Positions 1 through 15,943 of a stretch of DNA of 64,000 bases are shown in pieces. Under the pieces are notes generated by a model. That model ran no database searches. It was not told the DNA's origin and worked only from the letters and a program-made list of their open reading frames with translations. The position numbers and the translations under genes were made by a program. Each line of letters begins with the position of its first letter. Position 1 is the stretch's first letter. Where the stretch lies: assembly GCF_009914755.1 (NCBI RefSeq), contig NC_060938.1; one strand, given 5' to 3'. Source of the stretch: the human T2T-CHM13v2.0 reference genome, Homo sapiens.

Positions 1-321
1 ACCCTCTTATATCTCAATCTTCTTTTTTAGATCCTTAGGCTATCTCTCTGAGCAGCCAGCTAAAACCCCACAAATTCCTATTTCTTTCTCATACAAACTA
101 ATTTAGCCTTCTTTGTTTCGCTCTCTTCTTGCTCGGCCCTGGGTGGAGTGGGAGTGGGATTACTGAAATAGGAACATCAAAGCATTTTTCTAACAAACAA
201 CAGCAATCAGAAAAACAACTTATATCCCAGGAGATAAATTATGCCACTCTTCTAGAAGGCAAAATGTAAGTACTTGTTTTACATATAATTTATTTTCTTC
301 CGAAGACACTGGGGAGAAACA

Positions 322-580
322 ATGTAGTGTAGCTGTTGTGAGCAGTGGACACTGGAGTTAGACCACTTGGGGTTTGAGTCTTGGTTCCATCACCTGTTAT
401 CCCCATGACCATGGGCAAGTTACTTGACCTATCTGTTGCCCCTTAGTTCCCTCACTATTACAATGGGGAAAATAGAAGTACCTACCTTAGAGAACTATTG
501 TGAGAATTTTTAAAAGGCAATGATGTGAAGTGCCTTCATTCAGTGGCTGACACATGGTGGCTGCTCGACAGTGAGTACTA
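322..580 (+). mobile_element. MIR SINE
   Basis: MIR core-like gggcaagttacttgacct...aatggggaaaatagaagtacctaccttagag. Confidence 0.7.
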
Positions 581-1073
581 AAGAGTGGGATGTGTAAGCA
601 GACTGCCCACATAGAGAAAGAGCATGCAATGAGCACATTCCAACACACAGGGGTGAGTGTATTAAGCTACAGGGTTCAAAGAAGACAAAGAGCTTCCTCT
701 CTTAAAAAAAAATCCCAGGCTCCTGGGAAAGACAGAAAAGTAAACAAATAACTATAATGCAATGTGACAGTGCTATAGCAGAGGTCTGTTTGTACTTGTC
801 AAAAGATTTCTACTCAGCAGTGACCATGACATCCTGTTGTTGTGGCGTTAGTTTCTATCCCACTAGAGAGTCACAATGCATATTGCATTCTCCTTGCAGT
901 GAAAGGTAGTTAAGTAGAGTGTTTCCGAGTGTTTGGATTTGGCCAGTCCCACTGCCAAAATCCACAGCTTAAGGAACAGAGATGTGTCTCTGTTTGTCTT
1001 TGCTGGTGGGCTCCCGTATCCTGTATAGTCTTAAAGGGGGCTTCATTCCCCATGGTGGGCTTCTTCTTGATTA

Positions 1074-1391
<318 letters not shown>

Positions 1392-1769
1392 TCAGCAGAG
1401 TCTTAGAATGCAACCAAGGACAAACTACCTCCCCCAATCCTATAGGACCTGAGTAAGCACGTTTCCAAAAAGCAATGATTATTAAAATGCAACAAGCATT
1501 ATTCTTTGTGTGATTTCAAGACCTTTTTACCCTATCCTTTCCCCAACCTCTAAAATATATCATGGCCTACAGTAACTTACAGAAACTCGGTGAGTAACTG
1601 TTTTGCTAATTAAAGTCGATGAATACTTAGATTTTTAAAACAACTGTAGAGAATGTTGGCAAAACCTTGAGTGTCACAAAGCAAGAAGCAGCCATCATCA
1701 TGGAACAGTGTAAAATGAAAGTCAATCAAATGAGAAAAATATCAAAGTTGAATTTATTCCTTACACCTG

Positions 1770-2720
1770 ACCTGGATAAAGTCCAAGTAGATATTAATAT
1801 TTAAATTCATAAAATGATATCATCATGGTATTAGAAGAAACTAAAAGAGAGTTATTCACCTTAAAGTGGAGAAGGCATTTCTAATGATGACATTAAATCC
1901 AGAATTATACAAGAAAAGATTAATACATTCAATCTTTCAACATCAAAATTTTCTGCATAGAAAAAACCATAAACATAGCCAAAAAATGACAAATTGCAAA
2001 AATATGCCTAGCTCTATTATAGACCAAAGACCAACTTCCCTAACATATAATGAGCTTCTACAAATAAGAAAGCAAAGACCTACAATGCAATAGAAAAATG
2101 GACAAAGACACCAACAGTGACTAGATAAAGAAAATGTGCTATGTATACACCATGGAATACTACACAGCCACGAAAAAGAATGAAATCATGTCCTTTTAAG
2201 CAACATGGATACAGCTGCCAACTAATGCAGAAACAGAACACCAAATACCACTATTCTCACTTATAAGTGGGAGCTAAACATTGAGTACACATGGACATAA
2301 AGACAAGAACTATAGACACTGGGGACTATAAGGGGGGAAGGAAGGAAGAGGGGCAAGTGTTGCAAAACTATTGGGTACTATGCTCACTACCTGGGTGACA
2401 GGCTCAATCATATACCAAACTGCAGTAACAGGAAATATATTCTTGTAACAAACCTGCACATGTACCCCCTGAATCTGAAATAAGAGTTAAAATTTAAAAA
2501 AAGAAAAGAAAAATGGGCAGAGAATATGAACAGGCAAGACCTGAGGAAAAAAAGTACACATGACTCCTAGGCACATGCAAGTGGCTCAGCCTCACTCACA
2601 ATAGAGAAATTCAAATTAAAGCTACATGGAGACATCGTTTTTCAATTATCAAATTACCAAAGATCCAAAAATCTGACAACATGCTTTGTTGATGACGGTG
2701 TTCTGAAACAGGCATTCAAC
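1770..2720 (+). mobile_element. Old L1M fragment interrupted by a younger L1P 3' end (about 2109-2506)
   Basis: L1 3'UTR motifs (catggaatactac, ctcacttataagtgggagctaa, aacctgcacatgtacccc). TSD-like agaaaaatgg(a/g)ca(a/g)aga at 2092-2108 and 2507-2523. Confidence 0.8.
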
Positions 2721-2724
2721 ATCT

Positions 2725-3250
2725 ATTCTTCCTCTCTGATTCCTGACGCAGTCCAGTTTTATGTAGGCATTTATCCCTCCCAGCATATCCCCTAAGCCTC
2801 AGTTCACATTTGGGACTGACTGATCTAAGGGTAATTCCATTCCCCTGGGCAGTAATTGGTTCAGGAACCCAGGCTAGAATGAGTCAGTGTATGGCAGTGC
2901 CCTGAGGACAGGGATTAACTCAAGAATAGGGATGTAACCAAAAGTATGTTGGAAGTTCCTGGGAGGGAAATTTCCTTGCTCTTAGGTGAACTTCTAATTG
3001 ATGGCATCGCTATGTGAAACCTGTAATGGCTATAGCCATTTTGCCTCCATGAGAGAAGCCACCCAAGGCCAAAGCCAACACACATAGGTCATCACAGGGC
3101 ATTGCAGAGAGAGAGATCCAGAGCCACGAAATTCAGCTGCTCCTGAAGCCTGCTTGCCTCCTGGACTTCCAGTTGTATGAAGTGATCATTTTCCTTATTG
3201 TCGATGTGAGTTTGTATAGAATTTTCTGTTACTTGAAACTGCAGGCTAGT
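2725..3250 (+). mobile_element. Old MaLR (MLT1-type) LTR
   Basis: MLT1-like segments gccattttgcctccatgag, cctggacttccagtt, ttttctgttacttg. Confidence 0.55.
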
Positions 3251-5129
3251 AGCCATGTAGCACAGAGAATGTTTCCAAGAATCTAAGTGAAACACATGGG
3301 TAAGTCAGAAGGAAAAAATGTCTCTGAAGTTTCTCAGACTTAGCAAACTGCCAAAGCACATGGCATGTGTTGATATAAAAACTTTCCAAATCAGGCTCTG
3401 AACTCCAATTAGAATATAGTACAGAAGCAGAGGGAGGAAGGGCTGGAGAGACCAGGACAAAAGTTATCACACATTTACACTGGTTGTGATTGGGTAGTGG
3501 GCCTATTAACAAAGCTTTCTCTCTCTTTCCTATATTTTCTCAGATAAAAATACCATGAATGTGTTACTTTTAGGATGAAAAACTAAATACAAAAGACCAA
3601 TTGGATGTAAAATGGTGGAGAGGCTGGCCCAAGCAAACTCTCAATAAGTTGTCAGGTTTTCAAAATACAAGTCCAAAGGAAGAGTGGATAGATAAATAAA
3701 TACATGCTCATAAAACCTCTGCATAAATTAGAGATTAGGAAATTTAAGAATTCCTAGTAAACTCGAGGCTATTAGGACTGAGGGATTTAAAACAAAACCC
3801 AAAAAGCAAATTTAGAATACAGTTGTCATGTTTAAAGCAGAGCTCATTTTTCTGTTCTTCAGACCATGATTTTTCACAATATTTTTGAGGTGTCATATTT
3901 CTAATCACCCCTCATAAGGAATTTGTTTTCATTTCCTAGTCATTCCACAGGCTGAGGGTCACTACATAATTCAGGTTGGGAGGCTGTCTCATCATCTTCT
4001 GGATCAAAAAGAATCCTGAAGTGGATGATGGGATTTTTCCCCCTTATTTATTTTCTGACAATCCTGAGAAGTAGAGGGAAGATGAGGATTCCATAAAGGA
4101 GACTCAAGTCTAGGGTAATTAGAGAGGAGGAAACCAGGAAGAAGGAGCAGTGACCTGGAAGCAAAGAGATTAAATAAGCCGGGGACTGAAAAATGCCTGC
4201 TGGATATGGCAACTAGGAAATCATTGATGATGTGGGCAGAAGCAGGGATGACAGCGAAGGTCAAGGCAGGTGAAAGACACTGTTTCACTCTTAAGAAAGT
4301 TGGCTGTGAGGGAGAGGAGGAAGTAGCCCTGAGGATAAGAGTGCCTGTTTCTGGGCTGGAGGAAAGTGCCAGCAGAAAGGAAAAGCTGGTGGTACCTGAG
4401 GGACCAAGGTTAACAAACCCAGTAGGGTTTAGGTGGTGGGGTGGAGAGCACAGGTGAAGCCATTTTCTTAGGCAGAACAACACCTTAAAAGGAAAAAAGA
4501 AAACAAAGGATGACTGTACATATGAATAAATTTATAAGTTGGGGGGCAGGAAACTGAGGAATTACTGTCTGATACCCTCTATGTTTTCTGTGGGAGAGAG
4601 GGTGGTGTGGGTTGTATGAAAGACGTTGGTGAGATTTTAAAAGTCATTAATAAAGACACAAGAAGTGCTGAGTGAGAACTGGAGAACTGCCAGGAGGACT
4701 CCAGGTAACAGTTAGGGTCACAACCTGGAAAGTGCTAGCCTGCATGCTGGTGGCAGAGAAAGCAAATCCATCCAGTGCCATGGTTTTGGCCGATGGCAAG
4801 GTTGGGGAGAAAAGAGTGAAAAATCACTAGCTGTGGAATGATTGAATTGCAAAACTATGAGATCCACCATGGTTGAGGAAATGAGGGAGGAGAAGAGGTG
4901 GTGGTGGTGATGGTAGGAAGTTCAGAGGAAAAAAAGAGGAAAGAAGTGTTTAAAAAGGAAAGGCCAAGGACAGTGCTTCTCAATACCAGTTTGCAGAAGA
5001 ATAAAGAAGCTTGTTAAAAATGCACGTCTCCAGGCTCCATGTGAGAGATTTCAATTTAGCAAGTCTTGGGTACAAGATAGGAATCGGCTTTCTCCACCAG
5101 GTTATTACTTTTTAAAAATTGGTAACACG

Positions 5130-5410
5130 GGCCACGAGCAGTGGCTCAGGCCTGTAATCCCAGTACTTTGGGAGGCCAAGGTGGCCAGATCATTTGAGGT
5201 CAGGAGTTTGAGACCAGGCTGGCCAACATGGTGAAACCCTGATTCTACTAAAATTAGCTGGGTGTGGTGGTGCCTGCCTGTAACCCCAGCTACTCGAGAG
5301 GCTGAGGCACAAGAATGGCTTGAACCCAGGAGGCGGAGATTGAGGGGTCTGACACTGCACTCCAGCCTGGGTGACAGGGTGAGACTGTGTCTCAAAAGAA
5401 AAAAAAAAAG
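5130..5410 (+). mobile_element. Alu (S-type)
   Basis: Alu consensus with A-tail. Confidence 0.9.
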
Positions 5411-5598
5411 GATAACATGTGCATAATGTAAAATTCATTAAGAGAAAAGATATACAATCAAAAGTAAGGTCTCTCACCCCTGTGGCAATTCCTGCTGCCA
5501 TTTTCTCACATGTTCTGCTAGGGACATTCAGTACACAGATAATCACATAAAATACATTCTTTTCTCTTATGACAAGTGCTGTTATATACTTTTTTCCA

Positions 5599-5600
5599 CA

Positions 5601-5655
<55 letters not shown>

Positions 5656-5945
5656 AGACAGGATCTCACTTTGTCACCCAGGCTTGGGTGCAGTGGCGTG
5701 ATCTCAGCTCACTGCAGTCTGGACCTCTTGGGCTCACATGATCCTTGCACCTCAGCCACCCAGGTAGCTGGGACTGCAGGCATGCACCATGACACCCAGC
5801 TAATTTTTTGTATTTTTTTTTTTTTGGTAGGGATGTGGTTTCACCATGTTGTCCAGGCTGGTCTTGAACTCCTGAGCTCAAGCGATCTGCCTGCCTCAGC
5901 CTCCCAGAGTGCTAGGATTACAGGCGTGAGCCACGGCACCCAGCC
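5599..5945 (-). mobile_element. AluJ with (TA)n abutting its poly-T tail
   Basis: Reverse Alu; (TA)n at 5599-5622, then a run of about 32 T. Confidence 0.9.
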
Positions 5946-6048
5946 ACTTCACCATATATTTTAAAGATCAATCCTTATTAGTTCATTAAAAGATACTTCA
6001 GTATTCTATTGGCTGCTTGGAATTCTATCTTTTAATATCAAAAGATAG

Positions 6049-6638
<590 letters not shown>

Positions 6639-7491
6639 TCATGGACTATATACACATTGAGAAACACTTGTCATAGGACCTAAAAATATAATGAGTTTAC
6701 AGGAAGGAAATGTTGAGAGAAACGGAGCAAGAAAACTGGAGGAACAGGGAGGTTTTACTTTGTGTCCTGATCTTTACTGATTTGAGAGATTTTATACTGA
6801 TATGTATCACCCTCCTATGATGTATATACAAAACATATTATTTGTACATAATTAGAAAATACTTATGTATATTAACAGCCACTGAATCCTGGTGACAGTA
6901 GGTAAGGCAAAACAAAACAAAAACCCAGCTAAAAATCAAAAACCCCAAACAGACAAAAAAAAAAACTAATAAGAAATATGTTCCCATGTGCTGTCAAGGT
7001 TTCCATAAAGAAAGCAGTGAAAAATCTCCAAGGGAAAGATCTTTTTATGATGTCATTGGAATGTTATTTTTGTCATTAGAAAAAAGCTCCAGCCATCAAA
7101 ATGAAATGCAATGAGTCTGCAACCTTGAATTCCCCAGGACTCTTCAATTCTGCTCGGATTCCTTGACTAGGGGCTAGGACTAATTTAGAAAGTAGCAGAA
7201 GGTGGATTAAAACACAGATTCATCTGATTCCAGCCCCCAGGCCCTTTCCATTATGAACACCACCTTCTCACCAAGGAATGTTCCTGGTGTTCCTTGCCAG
7301 AGGAGCCAGACATCTGGCCTCCAAAGGTGACAACTCTCACTTCTACTTAGCTACAAGGGAGGCGCTCTGGATGACACTGGTAGCTACTAATACAGGGGGT
7401 GAACTCTTCAGAGAATCATCCAGCCACATCAGTTGGCCTAGTAGGTCCTGTTGGAATTATGCTACCCCAGCTGAAATAGAAAGATAAACAA

Positions 7492-7790
7492 GGCTGGGAG
7501 CACTGGCTCACGCCTATAATCCCACCACCTTGAGAGGCTGAGGCAGGCAGATCACTTGAGGTCAGGAGTTTGAGGCCACCCTGGCCAACATGGTGAAACC
7601 CCGTCTCCACCAAAAAATACAAAAATTAGCTGGGCGTAGTGGTGCTCTCCTGTAGTCCCAGCTACTCAGGAGGCTGAGACGTGAGAATCATTTGAACCCA
7701 GGAGGCGGAGGTTGCAGAGTTGAGATCGCGCCACTGCACTCCAGCCTAGGTGACGGAGTGAGAACCTGTCTCAAAAAAAAAAAAAAAAAA
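7492..7790 (+). mobile_element. AluS
   Basis: Full Alu; TSD AAAGATAAACAA on both sides. Confidence 0.95.
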
Positions 7791-8354
7791 AAGATAAACA
7801 AGCTCTTTCATATGATATAGTGAAGCACATTAGACATCAGACTGACATAGAAGAATCTTTTAATGTCAAAAGATGAAAAACAATTCATGTGTATATTATT
7901 TTTAATTTAGGGATTCACAATATCTGGGGAGTTTCGCAGTATCTTGCATGCTTTCCCTTTCCTTTCATTGCCCTGCTCCCAAAGTGTGGTAAGTTTAAGA
8001 AAAGTGAATTGGTTTTTTGAGACATGACAGAAGACACTCTCAGGATGACACAAAACCATAACAAGAATTACTAAAGTAGTTGGTGTCACTAAAAACATAT
8101 TTTAAATTACTCATATGGAGTTGACATTTAAAAAAAGGAGATTGGGTTGAGATTTCCAAGAAGAATCATCTCCTAGTTAGTAAGAAAGTCTTTTATTTTC
8201 ACTTGTTTAGCTTCATATCCAGATGATGGTATTTTATAATTATATTATGTGAGATTTGGGAAGTTTCCATTTGATATTTATTTTCCTGATGTGATCTAAA
8301 GCAGTACACAGCAAATGGCTAAAAGAGATCCACAGAAGAATTCTGGGGCACTTC

Positions 8355-8674
8355 TTTTTTTTCTTTTCTTTCCTTTTTTTTTTTTTTTTTTTTTTTTTGT
8401 GACAGGGTCTAAGTCTGTCACTGAAGCTGGAGTGTGCAATCACAGCTCACTGCATCCTTGACCTCCCAGGCTCAGGTGATCCTCCTGCTTTAGCATCCTG
8501 CGTAGCTGAGACCACAAGCGTGCGCCACCATGCCCAGCTAATTTTTGTATTTTTTGTAGAGATGGGGTTTCGCCATGTTGCCCAGGCTGGTCTCGTACTC
8601 CTGGGCTCAAGTGATCTTCTCAGCTAGGCTTTCCAAAGTGTTGGGATTATAGGTGTGAGTCACCACGCCCAGCC
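8355..8674 (-). mobile_element. AluJ
   Basis: Reverse Alu with poly-T. Confidence 0.9.
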
Positions 8675-8797
8675 TTCTCTTCCAAATTCTCTTCACCTTC
8701 ATTTCATATTATTTTTTCCTTCCTTGAACTGCTATTCTAAGCTGGTGAAATGCTTTGAAATGTTGAAGAATTACCAAATGAATGATGAAACAGATTA

Positions 8798-9164
<367 letters not shown>

Positions 9165-11848
9165 TCAATGTATATGAACTGAGTGTTAATTGATGCTAAC
9201 AGCTTTCTCTGCTAGGCCCTGTGGAACATGCTGAGAAGTGCCTTGCCCTCAAGGAATGTACAGTTTAGATGGAGGGATTTGAAGTAGCACATAATTAAAC
9301 GCTAAATGAGTGGAACATGTGAGTGCTCTAGGCTGTTCAAAAAATAGAAGAATGGGTTTGGAGTAGACGTAGTGGATTTTAGCAGGCAGGTGGAGGGGTA
9401 ATGTTTTCTAAGTAAGGCAAATGGTGTCAGTAAAAGCACAGAGGCAGAAATTAATAAATGAGTGGGCTGATAAACATAAATAGTTATACTGATATTCACC
9501 AATAAAAAGGGTTCATGCTGGGGAGTAGCGGCAGTTAAGTTGGAGAAAATAGTGATTCAGGTTGCTGGGGTCTTTGCCCGGCTAAGGAGTATCCCTTTAG
9601 TCCTGAAGGGAATTAAAGGCTTTTAAGAAAAGTGGATTAGGGAGATTAATTTGTTAGTGGAAGGTAGAATGGTTTAGAAGAGGAGAAATTGGTGGTAATA
9701 GCAGACTGCTGGGTACGACTTGATGAGGGGATTCTCCAGAACGGTTGATCTGGCAACGTAAGGGAAGGGTTGAGCAGGAGAAAGCCTGTGGAGACTAGAC
9801 ACTGGGGAAGGATATATGAGGTTCCAAGTCTGAGTGAGCTGGAAAATGTTGGTTTCACGAAGACAAAGAAGAGGCGCAGGACTGGGGGAAGACATGGATA
9901 CTTACTGCGTCTGGATCATTGGCAGGACATGTGGGCCATAATGTCTAAAACAGATAATTGCCACACAAAAATGGATCAGAGCTGCAGTTTGCATGACTCT
10001 GCTCCAAGGTGGGCTTGGGTGGGGTTATTAGATTTCGTACATTCAGCTTTGTCCTTTTCAGGCAGGAGACAGCATCTGCTGTCGAGTACTCTCAGTCCCC
10101 AGGAGGCCTATGAGCTAGTCAGAAAATATAATTTTAATAGGATTAGCTGAGAGATGAGCAAATGTCAAATGGTGATTTGGTAGTATGTCATGGCTGCTAA
10201 CTTTGACATGCTAAGTGTAACATTATTAATGGCTTCTATGCATGGCTAAGAGGGTTAACACTTAGCAAAATTAGTTCCCTGGATTTTTGTCCTGCTGTTA
10301 TATTTTATGGGCATGATGGAGTGTGCTACCTTAAGTAAACCATTTAACCTCTCTCTGCCTTAGCTTCTAGTTTATAAAATAGGAAGCTTGTTGTGGCAGG
10401 CAGTATTCACAAACATTTTGAGAGCTACAGAGAGCGCTGTAGGATTGTCTTTCTCCCCGCCCCCTCATTCCCCCCCCCCCACCCCGTCCCAATGACTGAG
10501 TCAGTCATTTGGAAAGGTCAGCTTTTTCACTGGATACTCTCAATTGCTACTCCCTAAGTCAGTTAATTAGTATTTTTCTAAAATGCTCCTACCAGTCCAG
10601 AGCTGAAAGATGTAGTCTCTAACTGCTGTTTCTACTCTCTGGGCCTGCCAATCCTGCTAACCCCTTTTCACCCAATGGCTATTGCCATGTGACTCACACC
10701 TCAGGTTCTGGGATCAATCCCAGTCATTTTGGAGGGCAACTAGAGCTTTATATTAACACTCTGGGACTTCAACATAAGGCAACCATGCTCAGTGTGAAGT
10801 TTGGTCCTAGTTCTAGGTATTAGGCTCCTGCTTTGTTTGTAAGTCTCATTCTGTCCCCCCAGATCCAGCCTTTGAATATTTGTTTTGTCCTGCTGGGTCC
10901 TCAAACTTGGGCCTCCAGTGAGTATCTCAGTAGCTCAAGGATCTGAGTTCTATTTGTTTTCATCAATTCCCTGTAGAAACGAAAGGGCAGACCTAGAAAA
11001 CCCCAGCACTGAAGCTGGGGCCTTGCTATAAGCAACACACTTTCTCAAGGCTTGCCGTGATTTCCCAATTTTTGCCCACTCCTGGATTTTCCAAGGCTAT
11101 GTGTTCCAGCTGTCCATTGGCTTACAACACCCACATTCTCTGTTTAACAGGCCTGATGCCGGCTGCCTTCCTGGCCTGCTGCCGGTTCCATATCCTCCAG
11201 ATACTGCATTCTGGCTGAACGTTTATCACGCCAGCTGGGTTGGCCTCCGATTCCACGGATGTATCTGGTTCTAGTTTCCATTTCTCCCCATCCACCTCAC
11301 CCTCATTACAGTTAATCCTTTTATATTAAACCATAGCGGATCTTTGCTGTTGTGGAAACTGATGTGGTATTGGAATTTTATCCTTGTTTACATCTTTCTT
11401 TGTGTTGGAAAGGTTGGGATTACTTCCAAAACCTTCCCAGAGAGCTTTCCTGTCTCCTTTAGGGGAAACAAATGAAAACTTGACAATAGCTGGTATCTAT
11501 GACACCAGCTTCAAGGCCACTATTTTAATTGTAAAATTGCATTATTTAATCATAATTTTGCTTTTAGATATACAAATATATTTTAAAGTATATTTTGTCC
11601 AGTGTTTACTCACAGCTCTCAATTTCAAGGTATCTTACTGGAACTCAGTGGCTTTGTGGTTATAAGGACATAAACAAATCAAGGCTAGGGATGGTGTGGT
11701 GTTCTACAGTGGTAAGCTACATTAGAATCCTCCGGAGGACTTGTTAAAACAGATTGCTGGGTACCACCCCACAGAGTGTCTATAGAATGATGCCCTAAGA
11801 ATTTGCACTTTGACGAAAACTGGTCATGTATTTAAGCTGGTCACAGAT

Positions 11849-12008
11849 AACCAGAAGGTGCTGAACTGTTCTTAATCAATTCAAACTTTTACCTGAAATG
11901 GATAATAAGGTGGAGAGCCTTGAGAAATGAACTTCCAAAGTTCAGTGCATGCAGTTAGCATGACTGCTGGTTTTAGAGTTCTCAACCACTTATTGCTTAT
12001 GAGCAATA
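11849..12008 (+). repeat. Copy 1 of a 160-bp direct duplication (copy 2 at 15495-15654)
   Basis: Ungapped alignment with 8 mismatches in 160 nt. Confidence 0.95.
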
Positions 12009-13239
12009 AGTGGCCATAAGCATTTGGCCAATCACTTACTTGAGTTTACAGGTTTTCTCATCCATAAAATAACAATAGCTGCTATGCTGCCCTCAAAGGG
12101 TTGTCCTGAGGTCTGAATGGAATGGGTGTGATAGTGTCTGAGCAACTATAAAGTGGTATGGCACTGGGAGGTATTGTAACGGTTTTTCATTACTCTTCTT
12201 AAAATATCACCAGTTTCCTTTGGCTCTTGTTTCCCTCATTAATTATAGCAACTGTAATCTGGGAATACACAGTACTTTTATTGCCATAAAAGCCAAACTT
12301 CAATAAACTCAAATTTCAAACTTTTCTATAAAATTTTATTCAGTGAGATCAGACACGCCTTATAAACATTACACAGAGCCAAGAATGATTCCGTTTTTAC
12401 AGCTATAAAAAGAGATCTACAAGACCCTATTGTAATTTGGGGTGGCGTCACGGTTAATCTTTTTCAACCCTGTTTAGATTGGCCCATTAATAAAAATGGC
12501 TGCTAGTTACAGCACATTTAAAAACACAATCACCGCGTACAAATGGTAACCTGTCCACTCCATACTTCCATGTCCTGTGCCGCTTCTATTAACTTGTCTT
12601 TGGAAGTAGTAAATTCTCCCAGTCTGGACGTGGCTATTTTTTCTCACACACGGGCCAACACAGTTCTTGCTCAACTTGGGTGCGTTTATGACTTTTCAAC
12701 AGTGTCATCAGCCGTACCTAACTCTTCCAGGCCTTCAGTATCTCAGGTGTTAGCTTCAGTTGTTCCTAGGTCTTTCACAAATATCATAAATGACAGGCAG
12801 GACGCTTTTCTGGAGTCAAGATCTGTTAGTTTCGGAGTCAGAAAGACCCCGTTTAGAGACTCGTAGGCGAACTTGCCAGGGGGCCTACCAGGGGCAGAAT
12901 GGGGTCCTCCGGACCAGCCAGCCGCGTCTCAGCCACCTCCGCAGCCCCCGGGGCCCTGAACCCCGGCCGCGTTGACGCGCGCTTCTCCCGGACGTCGGCA
13001 GGAGGCGCCCGCGGCGGACCAGGCGCGGCGCGCACCGTAGCCGGCCCAGGGGGCGGAGGGAGCGGAGAGGAGGAGCTGGAGGGGGCGCGGCTTCCTCTCG
13101 GTCGCTCCCTGGCGCCGGGCCTCTTTCTCTGCCTGGCCCAGGGCTGGCGGCCGGCGGGGGTCGCGGCGGCGGCAGTGGGGGCGCTGGCGGGCCGCGGGTG
13201 GCGGGGGCCGGGCCGCGGCTCCGGGTGTTAGGAGACAAG

Positions 13240-13416
13240 ATGGCGGCGGCTCTCAGAAGGCCGGTCTCCTCCTCTCCGCCGTCCTCCGCCCCGCCGCTCG
13301 CCGCCTCCTCCTCTCGGGTCTCCTCCTCCTCGTTTGCTGCCTCCTCCTCCTCCTGCAGCAGCACCAGCGACCGCCGAAGCGCCGGCTCGCTCACCCGGAG
13401 CTCCGGAGGTGGATAG
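13240..13416 (+). other. Candidate uORF (58 aa, Ser-rich, MAAALRRPVSSS...SSGGG*) in frame with the PCNX1 CDS
   Basis: aagATGg strong Kozak, TAG at 13414-13416, 273 nt upstream of the main ATG in the same frame. Requires a TSS upstream of 13240. Confidence 0.55.
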
Positions 13417-14028
<612 letters not shown>

Positions 14029-15494
14029 TAGGGGACGCCGCATCCATCCTTGGCACGCTGGGTTCCTCGGGCGCCCGGCATCCGGCACTGCCCGCCCCCG
14101 CCGCGGCCCTCGTCTGGGGCTCCCGGGAGAGGCCGCCCGCCGCCTCGCCGCTAATCCGCGTGCGGAGCCCCGGGAGCGCGGGGGACCGTGCGGCTCTGCT
14201 CCGAGTGTGTGTGGGGGTCGTCCGGGCTCGTCCTCCAGGGGTCCTGGGTGGTGGCTGAAAACCCGGCTCGGAACCCTCCTGCTTCTAAAAAACCGTTGTT
14301 GTGCTTCGCAGCGGTTCTTCTCTGTTCGGCCCCGTGGCCGGTGGCCGTGGTGCTTCCTGGCCTCCCTGGGGGGAGGGAGCGGGGAGATAACGGGGAATCT
14401 GGCTGGCATTTCAGCAGATTTGTTTGGCTTGGTTCAAGGCCTTTGGCGGATAGGAGTAGGGAGAGAGAGTACTGCCTGTTGCTGAATTCGGTGCGATCAG
14501 CTTCTCTGAATCATCTGTGTTTTTAAAGCAACATTGAAAGTTGTTAAGCGCAGTTTCTAAAGCACAGGTTAGGGTGGGGCGTTAGGGAAACTCGTGTGGA
14601 CAGAGATGTTACTTAAGGCTTCATATAAAATTTTAAAGTAGTCAGAGGGGAGGAAAGGATCTGAACTTTTTATTTTAGGAGAATTCCTTTGAATGTATTT
14701 CTGCTAACTTTGAGGTTCTTTGTGGAGCTAGAGACAGGGTGCTGAGTTAGAAAATCCCGGAGGACCACTATGAGAAGTGCAAAAGGTGAGGACACCCAAT
14801 TCTTCCCTAAGTGAAGTTCAGTTTCACTAATTGGCAGGAAAAGTGTCTGCTTGAGGGAAGATGTGCACATTCTCAAGCAGATTCACATTTTTCGTTGAAA
14901 TTGTTTTGAAGGGACTTATTGTTTGAGGTTAAAAAAAAAAAGCCATTAAGAAATGCTGATGGCTTGTGGCTTGTTTTATTAGGGGGACTTGTTCAGTCTT
15001 GTTGCATTCTGAAAATTTATCGTGAAGTATTATAATTTTCAATTAATTTTGGCCTAGGGAGTTCTATTTGCACTACTATACCTTCCAGGAATATGACATC
15101 ATTAATGAACGGGTTAATTACTTTGGGTTTAAGAATCCTCAGGCTGTCACAAAATTTTCAAAGCAAATTTCTTCTATGTCCAGAAGAATTGTAGATTTAA
15201 AACTGAAAATGATTTTTGAGAGGTAAGGATTAGTTGCTGGGTCCAGTGTAAGATTTCTTTTTTAACACTTGTAGTAAACTGTGTGGTCATGGTTAAGTCT
15301 CTTTGTGTAGTTAGCAAATGTTACTGAAAGAATATTAGAGCAAATGGAAACCAGGACATTGAGTTTACTTCCTTCATTTTGGGAGTTCAGTTAAACTGAA
15401 TTCTCACATATTTGAGTGTCTACCATGTACTAGACACTTTCTGAGATTGCTTCTGACTTCCTTATCTCAATTAATGGCAGTCCCACTCTTCCCA

Positions 15495-15654
15495 AACCAG
15501 AAGGTGCTGAGCTGTTCTTAATCAGTTCAGACCTTTACCTGAAATGGATAATAAGATGGAGAGCCTTGAGAAATGAACTTCCAAAGTTCAGTACATGCGG
15601 TTAGCATGACTGCTGGTTTTAGAGTTCTCAGCCACTTATTGCTTATGAGCAATA
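15495..15654 (+). repeat. Copy 2 of the 160-bp direct duplication, embedded in an L2 relic
   Basis: Same alignment as copy 1; flanks are L2-like. Confidence 0.95.
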
Positions 15655-15688
15655 GGGGCTGTATCTTCAAAACCTAACTAGACGACGA

Positions 15689-15698
15689 CTCCTCCCTC

Positions 15699-15729
<31 letters not shown>

Positions 15730-15943
15730 TCCTCCCCCTCCTCCCCCTCCTCCTCCTCCCCCTCCTCCTCCTCCTCCTCCTCCTCCTCCTCCTCCTCCTC
15801 CCCCTCCTCCTCCTCCTCCTCCCCCTCCCCCTCCTCCCCCTCCCCCTCCCCCTCCTCCCCCTCCTCCCCCTCCTCCCCCTCCTCCTCCTCCTCCTCCTCC
15901 TCCTCCTCCTCCTCGTCCTCCTCCTCCTCCTCCTCCTCCTCTC
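15689..15943. repeat. (CCT)n/(CCC) homopyrimidine repeat of about 250 bp
   Basis: Read directly; only one purine interruption. Confidence 0.97.
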
